Below, in pieces: positions 1 through 10,535 of a stretch of 64,000 bases of DNA (its first letter is position 1; the number at the start of each line of letters is the position of its first letter). The stretch lies in assembly GCA_000002435.2 (NCBI GenBank), contig CM018793.1; one strand, given 5' to 3'. The DNA comes from Giardia intestinalis. Taxonomy: Eukaryota. The translations under genes were made by a program, and so were the position numbers. The notes beneath the pieces are model-generated. The model had not been told where the DNA came from. It saw nothing but the letters and a program-made list of their open reading frames with translations, and did not search any database.

Positions 1-160
1 TACTAGCAATCCAGCTGAGATTTCTGCATACTATCTGCAACAGTACCCGTCAACGGCTCGCAAAACATACATATTACGGCCAGCCAATGGCCCAGAAACA
101 GTTTTTGTTCCTCACTTTGATCTACATCTCTTTAGCAAGGAGTGCGCTGTCAACGTAACT

Positions 161-1696
161 TTGGATGGAAGCGTGTACAATGGGGCAAAGGAGATCAAAA
201 TTGGCCTTGCTTTCTTTACAGGGCTTCTCATTCTTCTATGCATGTCACTACTGGCCGGGTCTTATCAACAGTTTGTTCTCACCTCTAATGCACAGCTGAC
301 GCGTGTTTCGTCCTTGGCCATCTACACCTTAACTATATCCTCCTTCACCCATTCAATTGCGCTCATAGCCCTGTCGGCGCTGTTTCCTTCACTTCAGTAC
401 TTCTTTTTAATGACGGGATCCATCGCCTTTCTAGAGTCCACTATCACAAACGTTCCCATTTGTGCCTACAAATTCGTCTCATGGTATGAGCGCCGCCGCG
501 GCTACCAAAACAATTTTCTTTTAATTATCTTTCTTATCTTTCTGATTATACTGAGCGCGTTACCAATCATTTGGGGGATGTTTATGCCCTTTTGGACTAA
601 TATCTTCCCCGTTCTTTTGCTCTTCTCACACTGGATCATCCAGTTTGTGTTTAGACTCGTGAAAAGGTTTGCTACTGGACCTCTTCTTAGCACATATATC
701 ATCTTCAATACTCTTCCAAAAGCGTATACCGCTGCATATATCCTTGGATTCCCGATTAACTTCATGGATTTGGAGTCACAGGAGATGTTTATGTGGATTA
801 TAGTTTTCTATGTTACAATATTCTGTGTTCTTCTCTGCCTTCAGAACGTATTTGGCTATGACCTTGGTCTAAGAAAGTTGTGCTGCAAGAAAGGACTCAT
901 GGACAGCTATGGGTCCACAACAACCATATACAAATATCACACACGCATTATAACAATGCCAATGCTTAAAGAGAGCAGCCCAAGTACAGTCTTGGACCTA
1001 CGGAACTCGGCGGAGTGTAAGAAAGACATCCTAGCCTATGTACATGCACTGGAGCGCCCATTTCTGTTTTCGTTCGAAGAAAGCTCAAAGATATCTACGC
1101 ACGACGCTGACCAGTCGCCAAGCCCTGTTAATCTCAGCGCCTCTAATGATATCATAAGCTGCGCGTCTAGCATTGTCACTGAGCCTTCAAAGTGGTGCAT
1201 GAATCCCTATCACCCCCACAGTGCATTTTACGACCCGTCGGTGGTCTTTTCGCAGCTGTTTGGTGCCAAGCTTTGCCCTTGGTTTGCAACTATGGATGTA
1301 GATCCAGCCTCAATCAATCTAGAGCAAGATACAAACTGCTTCTATATTAACGAGCTACAAGTCATAAGCAAGTTGTTCTTATGCTCCATCTGCCTAGAAC
1401 ACATATCCCTGCAGCTTCTAACCAATATTAACACCGTTTTGATATTCAAAGAAGGCACACTCACGTTTCGAGCAGAATATGCCGCTGCATTAATATTTAC
1501 ATCTACACAACGACGTGAGGAAGATCCTGCATTGGTTGCTGAGACTGCCACCAACTCCAGCGAAACAAAGGACTATGAACTCTGGATAACACCATGCGAT
1601 CACGGATTTCATAAGAAATGTTTGCTGAAGTGGATAGAACAGAACTTAACATGCCCAATAGACAGAAAAGCAATTCCTGAGTATATAATCGTATGA
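161..1696 (+). CDS. Multi-pass membrane protein with a C-terminal RING-H2-type zinc finger (CSIC...PCDHGFHKKCLLKW...CPID). The 5' end is uncertain: the frame is open back to the window start and the track's start is a TTG. The first in-frame ATG is at 242.
   Basis: A 511-codon ORF. Several hydrophobic helices in the N-terminal half. A C-x2-C ... C-x-H-x2-H-x2-C ... C-P-x-D ring-finger spacing in the last 60 aa. Confidence 0.6.
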   Translation: MDGSVYNGAKEIKIGLAFFTGLLILLCMSLLAGSYQQFVLTSNAQLTRVSSLAIYTLTISSFTHSIALIALSALFPSLQYFFLMTGSIAFLESTITNVPICAYKFVSWYERRRGYQNNFLLIIFLIFLIILSALPIIWGMFMPFWTNIFPVLLLFSHWIIQFVFRLVKRFATGPLLSTYIIFNTLPKAYTAAYILGFPINFMDLESQEMFMWIIVFYVTIFCVLLCLQNVFGYDLGLRKLCCKKGLMDSYGSTTTIYKYHTRIITMPMLKESSPSTVLDLRNSAECKKDILAYVHALERPFLFSFEESSKISTHDADQSPSPVNLSASNDIISCASSIVTEPSKWCMNPYHPHSAFYDPSVVFSQLFGAKLCPWFATMDVDPASINLEQDTNCFYINELQVISKLFLCSICLEHISLQLLTNINTVLIFKEGTLTFRAEYAAALIFTSTQRREEDPALVAETATNSSETKDYELWITPCDHGFHKKCLLKWIEQNLTCPIDRKAIPEYIIV

Positions 1697-1741
1697 GGCA
1701 CGCATGAAAGAGCTATGATGCACATGCATAAGTTACAGCTG

Positions 1742-4700
1742 TTACTTTCTGATAGTCTTCTTAAGCTTATGAAGCCACTCGCGAGTCAGTGGCTCTGAGT
1801 AACGTCTGAAGTTCAAAACTCTTACAACATACTCGCTGTGGGTAATCACATCGGTCATAAGATTTTTAGGAGTGTCCAGTTGCTCAAGGAGCATGTAATT
1901 ATCTTCAATATTCCCCATAGACATTAGCTTCTCTGACTCGAGCGTGTGGAGACACACAAGATCCTCCGCCTGCACGGCTTTTGCTGAGACAAATGAAGGC
2001 TTCAGGATGCAGTCTATGTAGTCTGCCCCTGCATCGTCAACCGACAGGTATAGACCAGGAAGTCTGGATGCAATGACTCCGTGAGCATGTGCAGCCTTAA
2101 ATAGCCTCTTGTATTCCGTTATATATTCCTCTCCGCAGAGGGCACTTCCCACTATCACCTCTTTAAGGAAAAGGAGGTCATCGTTGAGTATCTTTGAATC
2201 AGAAGGGGTTATTGTGCGCGCCCTTGGTCCGCTATCCAGTAAAATGAACGAGTGTGCATTTAATGCAGCAACTGCGATGTGTTCTGCAATGCACCTAATG
2301 TAAGATGGTATGACATTTCTATAGATGTCCTTGAGGGCGATTTCCAGGCCAGACCAGGCTGTACGCAACTGCGTTTGTATCACAACGGGGCAGTATGCTC
2401 GCTGGAGAAGAGGACACAGGCCCGTGTTTATGATGTACTCACACAGCAATTTTATATTCATCAGTATTGTGGACCGGATCTCTTTGACAATGTTGGTAAA
2501 GTATTCTAGGAGCATTGTATCTTCATCCTTAGCTGGCTTAGTGGCAGTGGCCTGCGCCTTCTTGGTATTTATAATCCAGTACGACTCTAGGTCTAGTGAG
2601 CCATCGCTGCTCAGCGCTTCCATGGTGTCTCCAATATCATATGATACTGAATTAGAGCTTAGATACTCATAGACAGAGGCTATGCGTGCAAGCAGCACTT
2701 CTAGAGAATTGATTCGATAGACAAAGACGCGAGACAATTGTATTATGTCTGAAAAACTCCTTGGCAGGTCTGTGAGATTGCACGATGAAAAGAGCAGTGC
2801 ACCGGACGGGACACCGCTTCCCATCGGAAGAATAGAGGATATGACGGATTCATCTGGACTCAGGTGATTTGCGTATGACCGTGCCTTTAGCGTTATAGAG
2901 TTCATTCTCTTCCTGATTGTGAGCTTTCCAACTGATAGCTCAGTCTTTGACAGGTTGATGCTTTGACCGGTATTATCGACATCCCACGAAAATATGTGCT
3001 TAATCGATCCGTGGCTGAGCTTTTGATATGCGATACTCGAGGCAACGTCCAAACTGCTTTTGTATCCCTTCTGGCTAATGATTTGAGCACTTAGGCAGGA
3101 AGAAGTGAATGACTTTTCCGATAAAATGCTTCCAGGACTACTCTCTGTAGACAACGAAGCTGATTTCTTAGTGGTGTTTTGCTTCATCATATTCTTACCT
3201 TGAAGAGCTTGGTCGATGGAAAACAGCTGCATAAGTGTGGGCAGTTTGTGACGTTCAACTATACTATTGTTATAATATATTGGCTGAAGAATAACCCTGA
3301 TTAAATCCAAGATTTGCGAACATAGGCATCGTAGGCAGGCAGCCGACAGATGAAAGTTGCTGAAAATAGACTCTAAGAAAAGTAGGACCGGTTCAATGCC
3401 ATCTATGGGGGCCGAGCTAGCATTGTAATGCAAAGCGTTGCATCGCCTGGAGGTGTCCGTTATTTCCTGTGCTTCCTGTAATGTCTTGTTTGTGATTAGC
3501 CAGTTGAAAGGCATCACATTCAGATTAGTCTCCTGGTCGTATATTCTCTTAACAGAAGCCGAGATGTGATCTGCCTCTCTTGTTATATAGAGTGAAAGCA
3601 ATGGTGTGGCCAGAATAATGGAAATATCAGGGGGAAAGGTAATGCTAAGAGATCGCTTGATAACAGAGGGTTTAGCATGGGTGATGGATGCAGCGCGTAG
3701 GTGCCCCTCCAGCCAAGTGTGGTATGTATTGTTCTCAAGATAAAACCTATAAAATGCTAACCCTAGAGTTATCATGGCTGCGTCGATGTGCTTGAGCATA
3801 TCTTTAACCTCTTGAAACCTTATCTTTGACAAGCTTGCAACTAGCTCAGGAGAGCTTAGAATATTATGTGCTTCGTGCGATGGACTCGTGGCGTCGACAT
3901 TAGATAAGTGATGACCGTGGCTCATTTGGGAGAAGGTCACCAATGCAGCACTTACTTTATCATTAATAAACTTTATTATCAAGCCAGCATAGATTGAAAG
4001 GGGCGAGACGCGAAGTTTGCCGCCGTTTTCCTCCATGACAACTGTTTCAGTGGCTAGCTCGCAATACGACTCAGAAAGGAGCCCCGGTATCTGCTTTAGT
4101 AGTGGAGATCCCAGGGGGGATTTTGCAGGCTGCGGAGATGGCATTCCAACAAAGCGGGAGACCGAGCAGAAACTAGTAGATATGTAAATATTATACAATA
4201 AGCTGCTAAGGCCAAATCCGTGTTCCAGAGACATTATTGAATTATCAAAGAATGCATCAGCAAAAATGGGGAGATGAATCGAGGTGTCCACTGTTATCTG
4301 ATCAGCCAAGATGAGGAATAGCTTCGATAGAATAATAAAAGGATTGGGCTTGCAATTCAGTTGAATTGCCGACTTCAGTGCTTCCTTATCAGCCTGCTTT
4401 TGGGCACGTGCTTCATCATGCTCTTCACTGACTTGTTGAAAGGTATACTCAGTCAAATCGTTGAGATCCAACTCTATCACATCTATTTCGTCAGCAAATG
4501 ACTCTGTCAAATAGTTTTGTATGCTTGTGCAGGCCATTAACTCATCAATTGCCTCAGCTTCTGACTGCGAATAAAGCCTATTTAATTGTCTGGTAACAGC
4601 AGTACAGAGGTATTTTTGCAAGCGCACCTGATAAATGTACATTGCTTCTGGTGTGGAGAGGATGGCCTTAGAACACTGTGGACCCAATTGAAGAGACGAG

Positions 4701-6742
4701 AAGTCGCTGGACTCGTAGTATTTTGAAAAGATAATGTGCATGACGGTTAGGGTATATCGTAGCCCGTAGCCATTACTGTGAAAGTTGCCCGTATAGTCGG
4801 ATAGATAGGGCTCTATAATGGAACAAACTTCATCGACCTCACTTCTATCCGCTATTTTAACATAATCTCTGAGAAAAGTTAGTACTGAATTGTACGATAC
4901 CTGATTTTGTACTAGCCTAAAGTTGCACAGCTTTAGTATAACAAGGAAAAAACTGTAAGAGTCATAAGTTGTCAGCACATGGTCCTTGCGAAGGCTTCTC
5001 TTTCGCTTTGTGGTAGACGCTGTTATGTCCTGAGTCGATTGCTTGGCTGAGCCAATGCACAGGGGACTGTCGGTGTTAGGAATCGGGCCGAAGACCAAAC
5101 CAGTATAGTCGTCCCCAGAGCTTATAAAGCCGTAGGTCTGTTTGCACTTAAGTAGCATACTTTGAATGTATGTTTTGTAGAGGAGGTCAACCACTGACCA
5201 ACACGTGTAGAGTGTCTGTGGGTCACATTCCTCATAAAAGCTCTGAGTATCCATATTTTGCACTAAAAGCCTTATGAGCTCTTCTATAAAATCCAGGCAG
5301 GTTGCAGGAGAAAATAGTGCTAGACGATCGATCATCAATAGATGAGACTTATCACCAGCCAAATCAGACATATAGTGGAGTATCTTAAACATGGCATCCA
5401 TAGCTAGACAAAACCGCTCTGAAAGCGATGTTTGAGAGAAGTCCTTCTGTGGCTGAGTGTCTCCTGGATTAACTGCCTTGTAATCTGTCATGTCGCTAAT
5501 TCCACTGAGAGCATCCAAGTGAAGTCCTGGTTCTGCTTCCAGAGATGATACATTAAGAGATGTACTAAGAAAGCTGGTTGTTACGCTGAAACTTTTACAT
5601 ATTATGTATAGCTTCTCAACCTCAGTACTCAGTTTTTCCCATCTGGCATGGCTCAGCTCAAAAAACGAAGAAAATCGCTTGTTGAGTTGCTCCAAAAGAG
5701 AAGAAGCAAGTAGCATTATGTGTCTGGAGGCTAGATTGGCCAGAAGGGCGGTGGAAATAACCGCAGATTTATCTTCCAATATAGTTGGTGGAAGTTCTTC
5801 GTCAAGCTGTGAGCTACAAAGAGCCTCAACCCAAGCAGCCAAGTGTGCTTCCTTTAGCCGTCGAAAAAGTTGAGACAGAGTGATCAAAAGAAAAAGCAAC
5901 CCGTTTCCAAAGCATGGAAGCGTGACTATGTCATCACCTGTCATCGTTGCTGTCCCTGCACGCTTCAAGTGTATATGATCATAGATCAGGCCTATCCAAT
6001 CTGCAATTGCAATAAGATCTGCCGCCGGTAGATTCAAGTTGGCCCTCATGGCAGTAAGAATTTCCTTAAAGGAGTCCTCATCAAAGAGCTCAACATACGG
6101 AGCAGCACGAGGCTTCTCATTTGTCGTCACTCTTTTGAGACGCGTGGGAGACGTGTAAAGCCCAGAGAATAGGGCCCAATAATCAAATACACAGTAACTA
6201 AGGTAAAACGTTCCGCTAATGGGGATCACACGCTTTATGAACTCATTAGGATATAACCGTTGATTCTTAACAGTACCAATGTTGGCGCTAGACATGGGAG
6301 CTGGCTTGTCTGGAAGAGCACATGTTATTGGCACAGTAGAGGCGTCACTGACTTCTTGTAGGGCATACACGGATGTCGAATCACTGGCAAGAATATCAGT
6401 AACCGGCTTGAGGGTACTACTCAGCGGATTCAATCTTTGTAGACGTGTTGGACTTACAGCTTGTAGATTAGGCTCTCCTAGTGCTTGTCCTAGCACTTTA
6501 GGCGTGCTAGTCTGAGAAGCAATCGCCTGAATCTTAGTACTGGTCACATCGTCGGGGACACTAAGGCACATGTCTAAAGGCTCCTGCACCAACGGGAGTG
6601 TGTTGATCGTCGTAACCGAAGGATCTTTCAACATATTCATGAGCTCAGGGATATTTAGACTGAGCGGATCTTCTGGGAGCTGCACATTCTTCAACTTCGG
6701 ATCTGTTTTAAAGAGATAGCCTAGAAGATTAATAAGGTCCAT
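1742..6742 (-). CDS. Large hypothetical protein of about 1,667 aa with no motif I recognise.
   Basis: An uninterrupted 5.1-kb ORF. The track start at 6856 is TTG. The first ATG (6740-6742 on the minus strand) is preceded by aaaaattaATGg, a Giardia-type AT-rich initiator. Confidence 0.8.
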   Translation of the reverse strand: MDLINLLGYLFKTDPKLKNVQLPEDPLSLNIPELMNMLKDPSVTTINTLPLVQEPLDMCLSVPDDVTSTKIQAIASQTSTPKVLGQALGEPNLQAVSPTRLQRLNPLSSTLKPVTDILASDSTSVYALQEVSDASTVPITCALPDKPAPMSSANIGTVKNQRLYPNEFIKRVIPISGTFYLSYCVFDYWALFSGLYTSPTRLKRVTTNEKPRAAPYVELFDEDSFKEILTAMRANLNLPAADLIAIADWIGLIYDHIHLKRAGTATMTGDDIVTLPCFGNGLLFLLITLSQLFRRLKEAHLAAWVEALCSSQLDEELPPTILEDKSAVISTALLANLASRHIMLLASSLLEQLNKRFSSFFELSHARWEKLSTEVEKLYIICKSFSVTTSFLSTSLNVSSLEAEPGLHLDALSGISDMTDYKAVNPGDTQPQKDFSQTSLSERFCLAMDAMFKILHYMSDLAGDKSHLLMIDRLALFSPATCLDFIEELIRLLVQNMDTQSFYEECDPQTLYTCWSVVDLLYKTYIQSMLLKCKQTYGFISSGDDYTGLVFGPIPNTDSPLCIGSAKQSTQDITASTTKRKRSLRKDHVLTTYDSYSFFLVILKLCNFRLVQNQVSYNSVLTFLRDYVKIADRSEVDEVCSIIEPYLSDYTGNFHSNGYGLRYTLTVMHIIFSKYYESSDFSSLQLGPQCSKAILSTPEAMYIYQVRLQKYLCTAVTRQLNRLYSQSEAEAIDELMACTSIQNYLTESFADEIDVIELDLNDLTEYTFQQVSEEHDEARAQKQADKEALKSAIQLNCKPNPFIILSKLFLILADQITVDTSIHLPIFADAFFDNSIMSLEHGFGLSSLLYNIYISTSFCSVSRFVGMPSPQPAKSPLGSPLLKQIPGLLSESYCELATETVVMEENGGKLRVSPLSIYAGLIIKFINDKVSAALVTFSQMSHGHHLSNVDATSPSHEAHNILSSPELVASLSKIRFQEVKDMLKHIDAAMITLGLAFYRFYLENNTYHTWLEGHLRAASITHAKPSVIKRSLSITFPPDISIILATPLLSLYITREADHISASVKRIYDQETNLNVMPFNWLITNKTLQEAQEITDTSRRCNALHYNASSAPIDGIEPVLLFLESIFSNFHLSAACLRCLCSQILDLIRVILQPIYYNNSIVERHKLPTLMQLFSIDQALQGKNMMKQNTTKKSASLSTESSPGSILSEKSFTSSCLSAQIISQKGYKSSLDVASSIAYQKLSHGSIKHIFSWDVDNTGQSINLSKTELSVGKLTIRKRMNSITLKARSYANHLSPDESVISSILPMGSGVPSGALLFSSCNLTDLPRSFSDIIQLSRVFVYRINSLEVLLARIASVYEYLSSNSVSYDIGDTMEALSSDGSLDLESYWIINTKKAQATATKPAKDEDTMLLEYFTNIVKEIRSTILMNIKLLCEYIINTGLCPLLQRAYCPVVIQTQLRTAWSGLEIALKDIYRNVIPSYIRCIAEHIAVAALNAHSFILLDSGPRARTITPSDSKILNDDLLFLKEVIVGSALCGEEYITEYKRLFKAAHAHGVIASRLPGLYLSVDDAGADYIDCILKPSFVSAKAVQAEDLVCLHTLESEKLMSMGNIEDNYMLLEQLDTPKNLMTDVITHSEYVVRVLNFRRYSEPLTREWLHKLKKTIRK

Positions 6743-6846
6743 TAATTTTTCCGAGTGTTTTGTAAAACAGTACTGCGATGCGTCAGTAAAAGCACGTATA
6801 GAGAAGCGGATAAGGCCTGATAGTTTTGCTGCCTCGCTTTTAAAAA
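6743..6846. promoter_or_regulatory. Short divergent promoter region of about 100 bp between the 1,667-aa gene (minus strand) and the Ser/Pro-rich gene (plus strand). An AT-rich initiator sits at each ATG.
   Basis: aaaaattaATG on the minus strand at 6742 and ttttaaaaaATGcc on the plus strand at 6847. Giardia promoters are known to be very short AT-rich elements at the start codon. Confidence 0.5.
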
Positions 6847-8103
6847 ATGCCTCCAAAGAACAGCCTGAAGTTAGAGCAAGAACGTACCAGAAAGCTAAAG
6901 GAAGAGGTGGAACAAATGGAGAAGGTTGCTCTTCAATTTACGTCTGGAGCGTCTTCTGCTGCGTCCATCCAGTCCGTCACTTTTGCCGGCCTCGGTACTG
7001 CGATAACATCTGGCCCAGCACCCCAGAAATCAGGACAGACCAAAGCCAGGACTACTAGTGGAAAGCCTGCACAACCCGGCTCTGCGCCTCGACAGCCTCA
7101 GGTACGTGTCCCAATGCCACCTCATGCTTCTCATGGCCCAATGGCCTCCACGAAATTGACCTCTTCAAGTACTTCTTCAACCTTGGTGAAGCCCAACGCC
7201 ATCAAATCTCCACTTCCAGCAATATCATCCAGGCCATCCTCTGGGACTATATCTGTATCGAGACACCAGGTAGTACAATCATCGAAGAACTTGCCTACCA
7301 AGCCCCAGGGGCCTGCCACAGGAGTTGGAGGCACTCGCTCTAGAAAGAGTAGCGCAAGTAGTTCCCAGGCAAACAGCAGAAAAAGCAGTATCAGTGGTCC
7401 AGAAGAAACTAGGCACCTAATTTCCGAAGCAGTAGTTAAGCAGAGCGCTATGCAGGCCTCAGAAAGTAAGCCCTCTGGGCGTATATTACGGAAGACTTCT
7501 TCGTCTGCAAATCCGCAGTCCGTCTCTAAGTTTCTTATGCGTGAAGGAGAAAACTTTACGCTTGGAAAAGACATTTTCCTCAAAGGAGATCTTCCCATAT
7601 CCACATCATGCGATATGGCCATAGGAGATGACTCACAATTAGAGTTGGACCCCTGTGATCCTCCTCCAGTCTCGAGCAAGGAAGGGCTTCATACCAATAG
7701 TACTGCACTGCAATACCAAACCCAGCCATTACAGATAACCGATACCCTAGCCATCCCCTTAGAAGAACAGTCTCCTAAGCAGCACCACATTCGGTTTGAA
7801 GTGGTCGAGGATGCTGCTGAAGAAGAGGTCCAGAACAGTAACTTAGCGGAGGCTTGCGGGATAGCGAACGAAGCAGAGGCCCCTGTGCCATATTTTGCTC
7901 AAATAGAAAAGGCTATAGTTCTCAAGACATTGACTGAGCTATCGCGTACACAGGAAAGCCCCGAGGAGCGGCATGCTCGTCTCTTGAAGGTTGCACTACA
8001 TGAGACACCCGCGCCCATTGAGGGCGTTGACGATGACTTGAACGCTGAATTAGTTGTTAGTCCCGAAGACATTATGGCAGAACTAGCAACGCTAGTAAAT
8101 TAG
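6847..8103 (+). CDS. Ser/Pro/Thr-rich low-complexity hypothetical protein of 418 aa.
   Basis: ATG at 6847 with an AT-rich initiator. Long ORF. The N-terminus looks coiled-coil (KLEQERTRKLKEEVEQMEK), followed by S/T/P-rich sequence. Confidence 0.65.
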   Translation: MPPKNSLKLEQERTRKLKEEVEQMEKVALQFTSGASSAASIQSVTFAGLGTAITSGPAPQKSGQTKARTTSGKPAQPGSAPRQPQVRVPMPPHASHGPMASTKLTSSSTSSTLVKPNAIKSPLPAISSRPSSGTISVSRHQVVQSSKNLPTKPQGPATGVGGTRSRKSSASSSQANSRKSSISGPEETRHLISEAVVKQSAMQASESKPSGRILRKTSSSANPQSVSKFLMREGENFTLGKDIFLKGDLPISTSCDMAIGDDSQLELDPCDPPPVSSKEGLHTNSTALQYQTQPLQITDTLAIPLEEQSPKQHHIRFEVVEDAAEEEVQNSNLAEACGIANEAEAPVPYFAQIEKAIVLKTLTELSRTQESPEERHARLLKVALHETPAPIEGVDDDLNAELVVSPEDIMAELATLVN

Positions 8104-8121
8104 ATAGATAGAGTCTGGAAG

Positions 8122-10380
8122 ATGTTTATGCATGGCTCAGGGTCGCAAGATTACGAAAAAATAATGAAGCCTACTGGCCTCTTTGACGTTGGAGAGCAAC
8201 CGACTCTCCAGGGGAATCAGGGCCGGCGAGCGGCTACTGTGCTTTCCTACAGTCTTTATGGTGATAGTAGTGGACTTGTAGCGTCGTTTTTTCGTATAAT
8301 TCATCAAGCACTCGCATTGCAACAAATTGAAATAGAATCCCTTCCAGTTTCCCAAGCAGAACGAGAAAGCACGTCCTTCAAACAGTGGGTTCCCCTGTTA
8401 ACTCGTGCGCTACAGCAGGAAATAACTGACATTGGAATTAGCAGCCTTGTTGATAACTTTTTCTCAGCCGAAAATGAACGAGATTCAATCTCTGCTCTTC
8501 TCAAAAGCTTACCCCCAACGATCTATAATTTCCTTTTTGCACGTCCCACAACGTGCTCTACATGTGGCAACACCACTAATATAGAGCCCCTTCTCTTTTT
8601 GGCTGAAGGAGAAAGCATTGAATCCCGGCTACAACGGGCTACCAATTGCAGTGTCTGTGGAGCTAACAGTCCTGAGTCAGCTTTGCAGGGGTTGATGCAG
8701 TGTGTCTGCCTACCACGTGGTTACGCTCACTCGATCCCTATGAGGCCTCCGTCTTCTCCTAGCGTTCTATTGGGGGCCGTTATAACAGTTAGTAATGGGT
8801 ATTATCTATGTACCTTTATAAACCCTCACATTATTACAGGGCAGACGGCAAACATCGTCAAGGATCGCTACTTTCTCCTGTATGCTCCTCATGATTCTCC
8901 TCTTAGGAGCATGCCTGGGAGCAGAGCTGCAGAACTAACTTATCTTAAGTACAGAAAAGTTAAACGGTATATAGATTCTCCAGCATCGTCTTCAGAAGCG
9001 GCCTTGTTGGGCTTGCCTGTGTATGCCATTTACTTTGATATAAGTGTCCTTACAAGTACAGTACGAGATCACCTTTATGCTATATTCACAGAAGAATCAC
9101 AACCCATACAAGCAGAGCATACGGTTTCCTCCAATACAGAGCCAGTTCCAAAGATGCTAGCTCCAGACTTGCCATCTATCTTTGAAATACCAGTTATCAA
9201 CCTGCAGGATCGGTATTCTTTTTCTAGATATGAAGAAGAAAGCTCAGAGAAGCACACAGCTGTCGAAAAAGCTGTTGTGGCATCTCCCTCCGTTAGCGTC
9301 CCACCGTTTCAGCAACCAGAAGTAACATATGTGTCCACACAGCGATACTGCCAGGATTGCCGCGATCACTGGATTATCTACCTCTTACTTGCTGGTCTTT
9401 TATTGGTCATCATAATCCTATTTGCTTTAGTGATTCGGTTTTACCTAAAGTTTGATAATCTGGTAGTTACTAATCTTCTTGTTACGCGGCGTGCATTTCT
9501 GGGATTTTCTGACTGGAACTCTCCAGACATACCTAGAGATCAGTTGGTCACCAACGATACAAGCTCAAGCAGTGCTACGCAAAACTACACTCTTGTTACA
9601 ACACGAGGCCTTTCCTCGTGGACCATTACAGATAACCTGATAGGGAATGGTGCGTTCCAAGCAAAAGATAATAAGGGTATCACAATCCAAGAGCTTCATG
9701 CAAATGAGGCTAACTTTAGCTCACTAAAGGTACAGAATCTTTTATTTAATCGTAGTCTTAGTCCAGATGCTACTGCAACGTCTACTCGCCTCTGGATCCA
9801 CGATCTATGGACAGATTTGGCCACGGTTAGTGACATACTGACAACAACCAACCTGACCGTCACAAATGACGTAACTACTGAGGCTTCTACACTTCCCGTT
9901 GAGGTGTCCAAAACTGTTACTGCAAATATCATTTCACAGCTCAGCGCCTTAACCATAAGCTCTCCAACGGGCTATCACAAGATTATCTCTGGGCCTGCAG
10001 CCCTTACTATCCCCAATGGACAGTTTACCTTTTCAGCCACCTCTTCTATTAAAGATCTTGATCTTATAACGGGATATTTCCAATTCACTGGCAAAACGAC
10101 CATCACCACGATGATTAGCAAGAACCTAATTGTTAACCTACTTGATCTAGGGAAAATGGACAGCAGAAGCAATATTACTGTAACCTCACTCAATGTAGGA
10201 GACGTCAAAATGGATAGTAGCGGGGTAACTTCAGGATCTGGTTCTTTCAGTATCAAATCAACTGCTACTGGAGTCCCACCAAGTACGCTAACACTTACAG
10301 GGGACCTGGGCCAAGGAGCTTTGACTGTCCAGCAAAGCACTACTGCGGCAGGGTGCACATGTGGCGTAGCACCTAATTAG
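8122..10380 (+). CDS. Hypothetical single-pass membrane protein of 752 aa. It has paired CxxC motifs (CSTCGN...CSVCGAN), a transmembrane helix (IIYLLLAGLLLVIIILFALVI) and a Thr/Ser-rich C-terminal region.
   Basis: Long ORF starting ATG at 8122, 18 bp after the upstream stop. A hydrophobic segment of about 25 aa at the middle. Confidence 0.7.
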   Translation: MFMHGSGSQDYEKIMKPTGLFDVGEQPTLQGNQGRRAATVLSYSLYGDSSGLVASFFRIIHQALALQQIEIESLPVSQAERESTSFKQWVPLLTRALQQEITDIGISSLVDNFFSAENERDSISALLKSLPPTIYNFLFARPTTCSTCGNTTNIEPLLFLAEGESIESRLQRATNCSVCGANSPESALQGLMQCVCLPRGYAHSIPMRPPSSPSVLLGAVITVSNGYYLCTFINPHIITGQTANIVKDRYFLLYAPHDSPLRSMPGSRAAELTYLKYRKVKRYIDSPASSSEAALLGLPVYAIYFDISVLTSTVRDHLYAIFTEESQPIQAEHTVSSNTEPVPKMLAPDLPSIFEIPVINLQDRYSFSRYEEESSEKHTAVEKAVVASPSVSVPPFQQPEVTYVSTQRYCQDCRDHWIIYLLLAGLLLVIIILFALVIRFYLKFDNLVVTNLLVTRRAFLGFSDWNSPDIPRDQLVTNDTSSSSATQNYTLVTTRGLSSWTITDNLIGNGAFQAKDNKGITIQELHANEANFSSLKVQNLLFNRSLSPDATATSTRLWIHDLWTDLATVSDILTTTNLTVTNDVTTEASTLPVEVSKTVTANIISQLSALTISSPTGYHKIISGPAALTIPNGQFTFSATSSIKDLDLITGYFQFTGKTTITTMISKNLIVNLLDLGKMDSRSNITVTSLNVGDVKMDSSGVTSGSGSFSIKSTATGVPPSTLTLTGDLGQGALTVQQSTTAAGCTCGVAPN

Positions 10381-10406
10381 GAGGACGTCAGTACAAAGCA
10401 GTTAGA

Positions 10407-10413
10407 GTAAATA
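10407..10413 (+). promoter_or_regulatory. Putative polyadenylation signal AGTAAAT (AGTRAAY), 27 nt after the stop of the 752-aa gene.
   Basis: Matches the Giardia poly(A) consensus AGTRAAY, and its position relative to the stop is typical. Confidence 0.4.
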
Positions 10414-10535
10414 ATTAAGGCATTATACTGTGATCTGCAAATGATGTAGGATAGAGGTATAAGTTAGTCACGTCTCTAGCGGTTGACTTACTCCTAAGAG
10501 CCAATCAGCCATATTCTGTTAAGATTTAATTAAAA

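Noticed and set aside
7131-7679. A 182-aa ORF on the minus strand inside the Ser/Pro-rich gene, and a 105-aa ORF at 10530..10847 on the minus strand inside DUS3.
   Set aside because: Both are antisense to stronger, initiator-bearing genes and have no start context.
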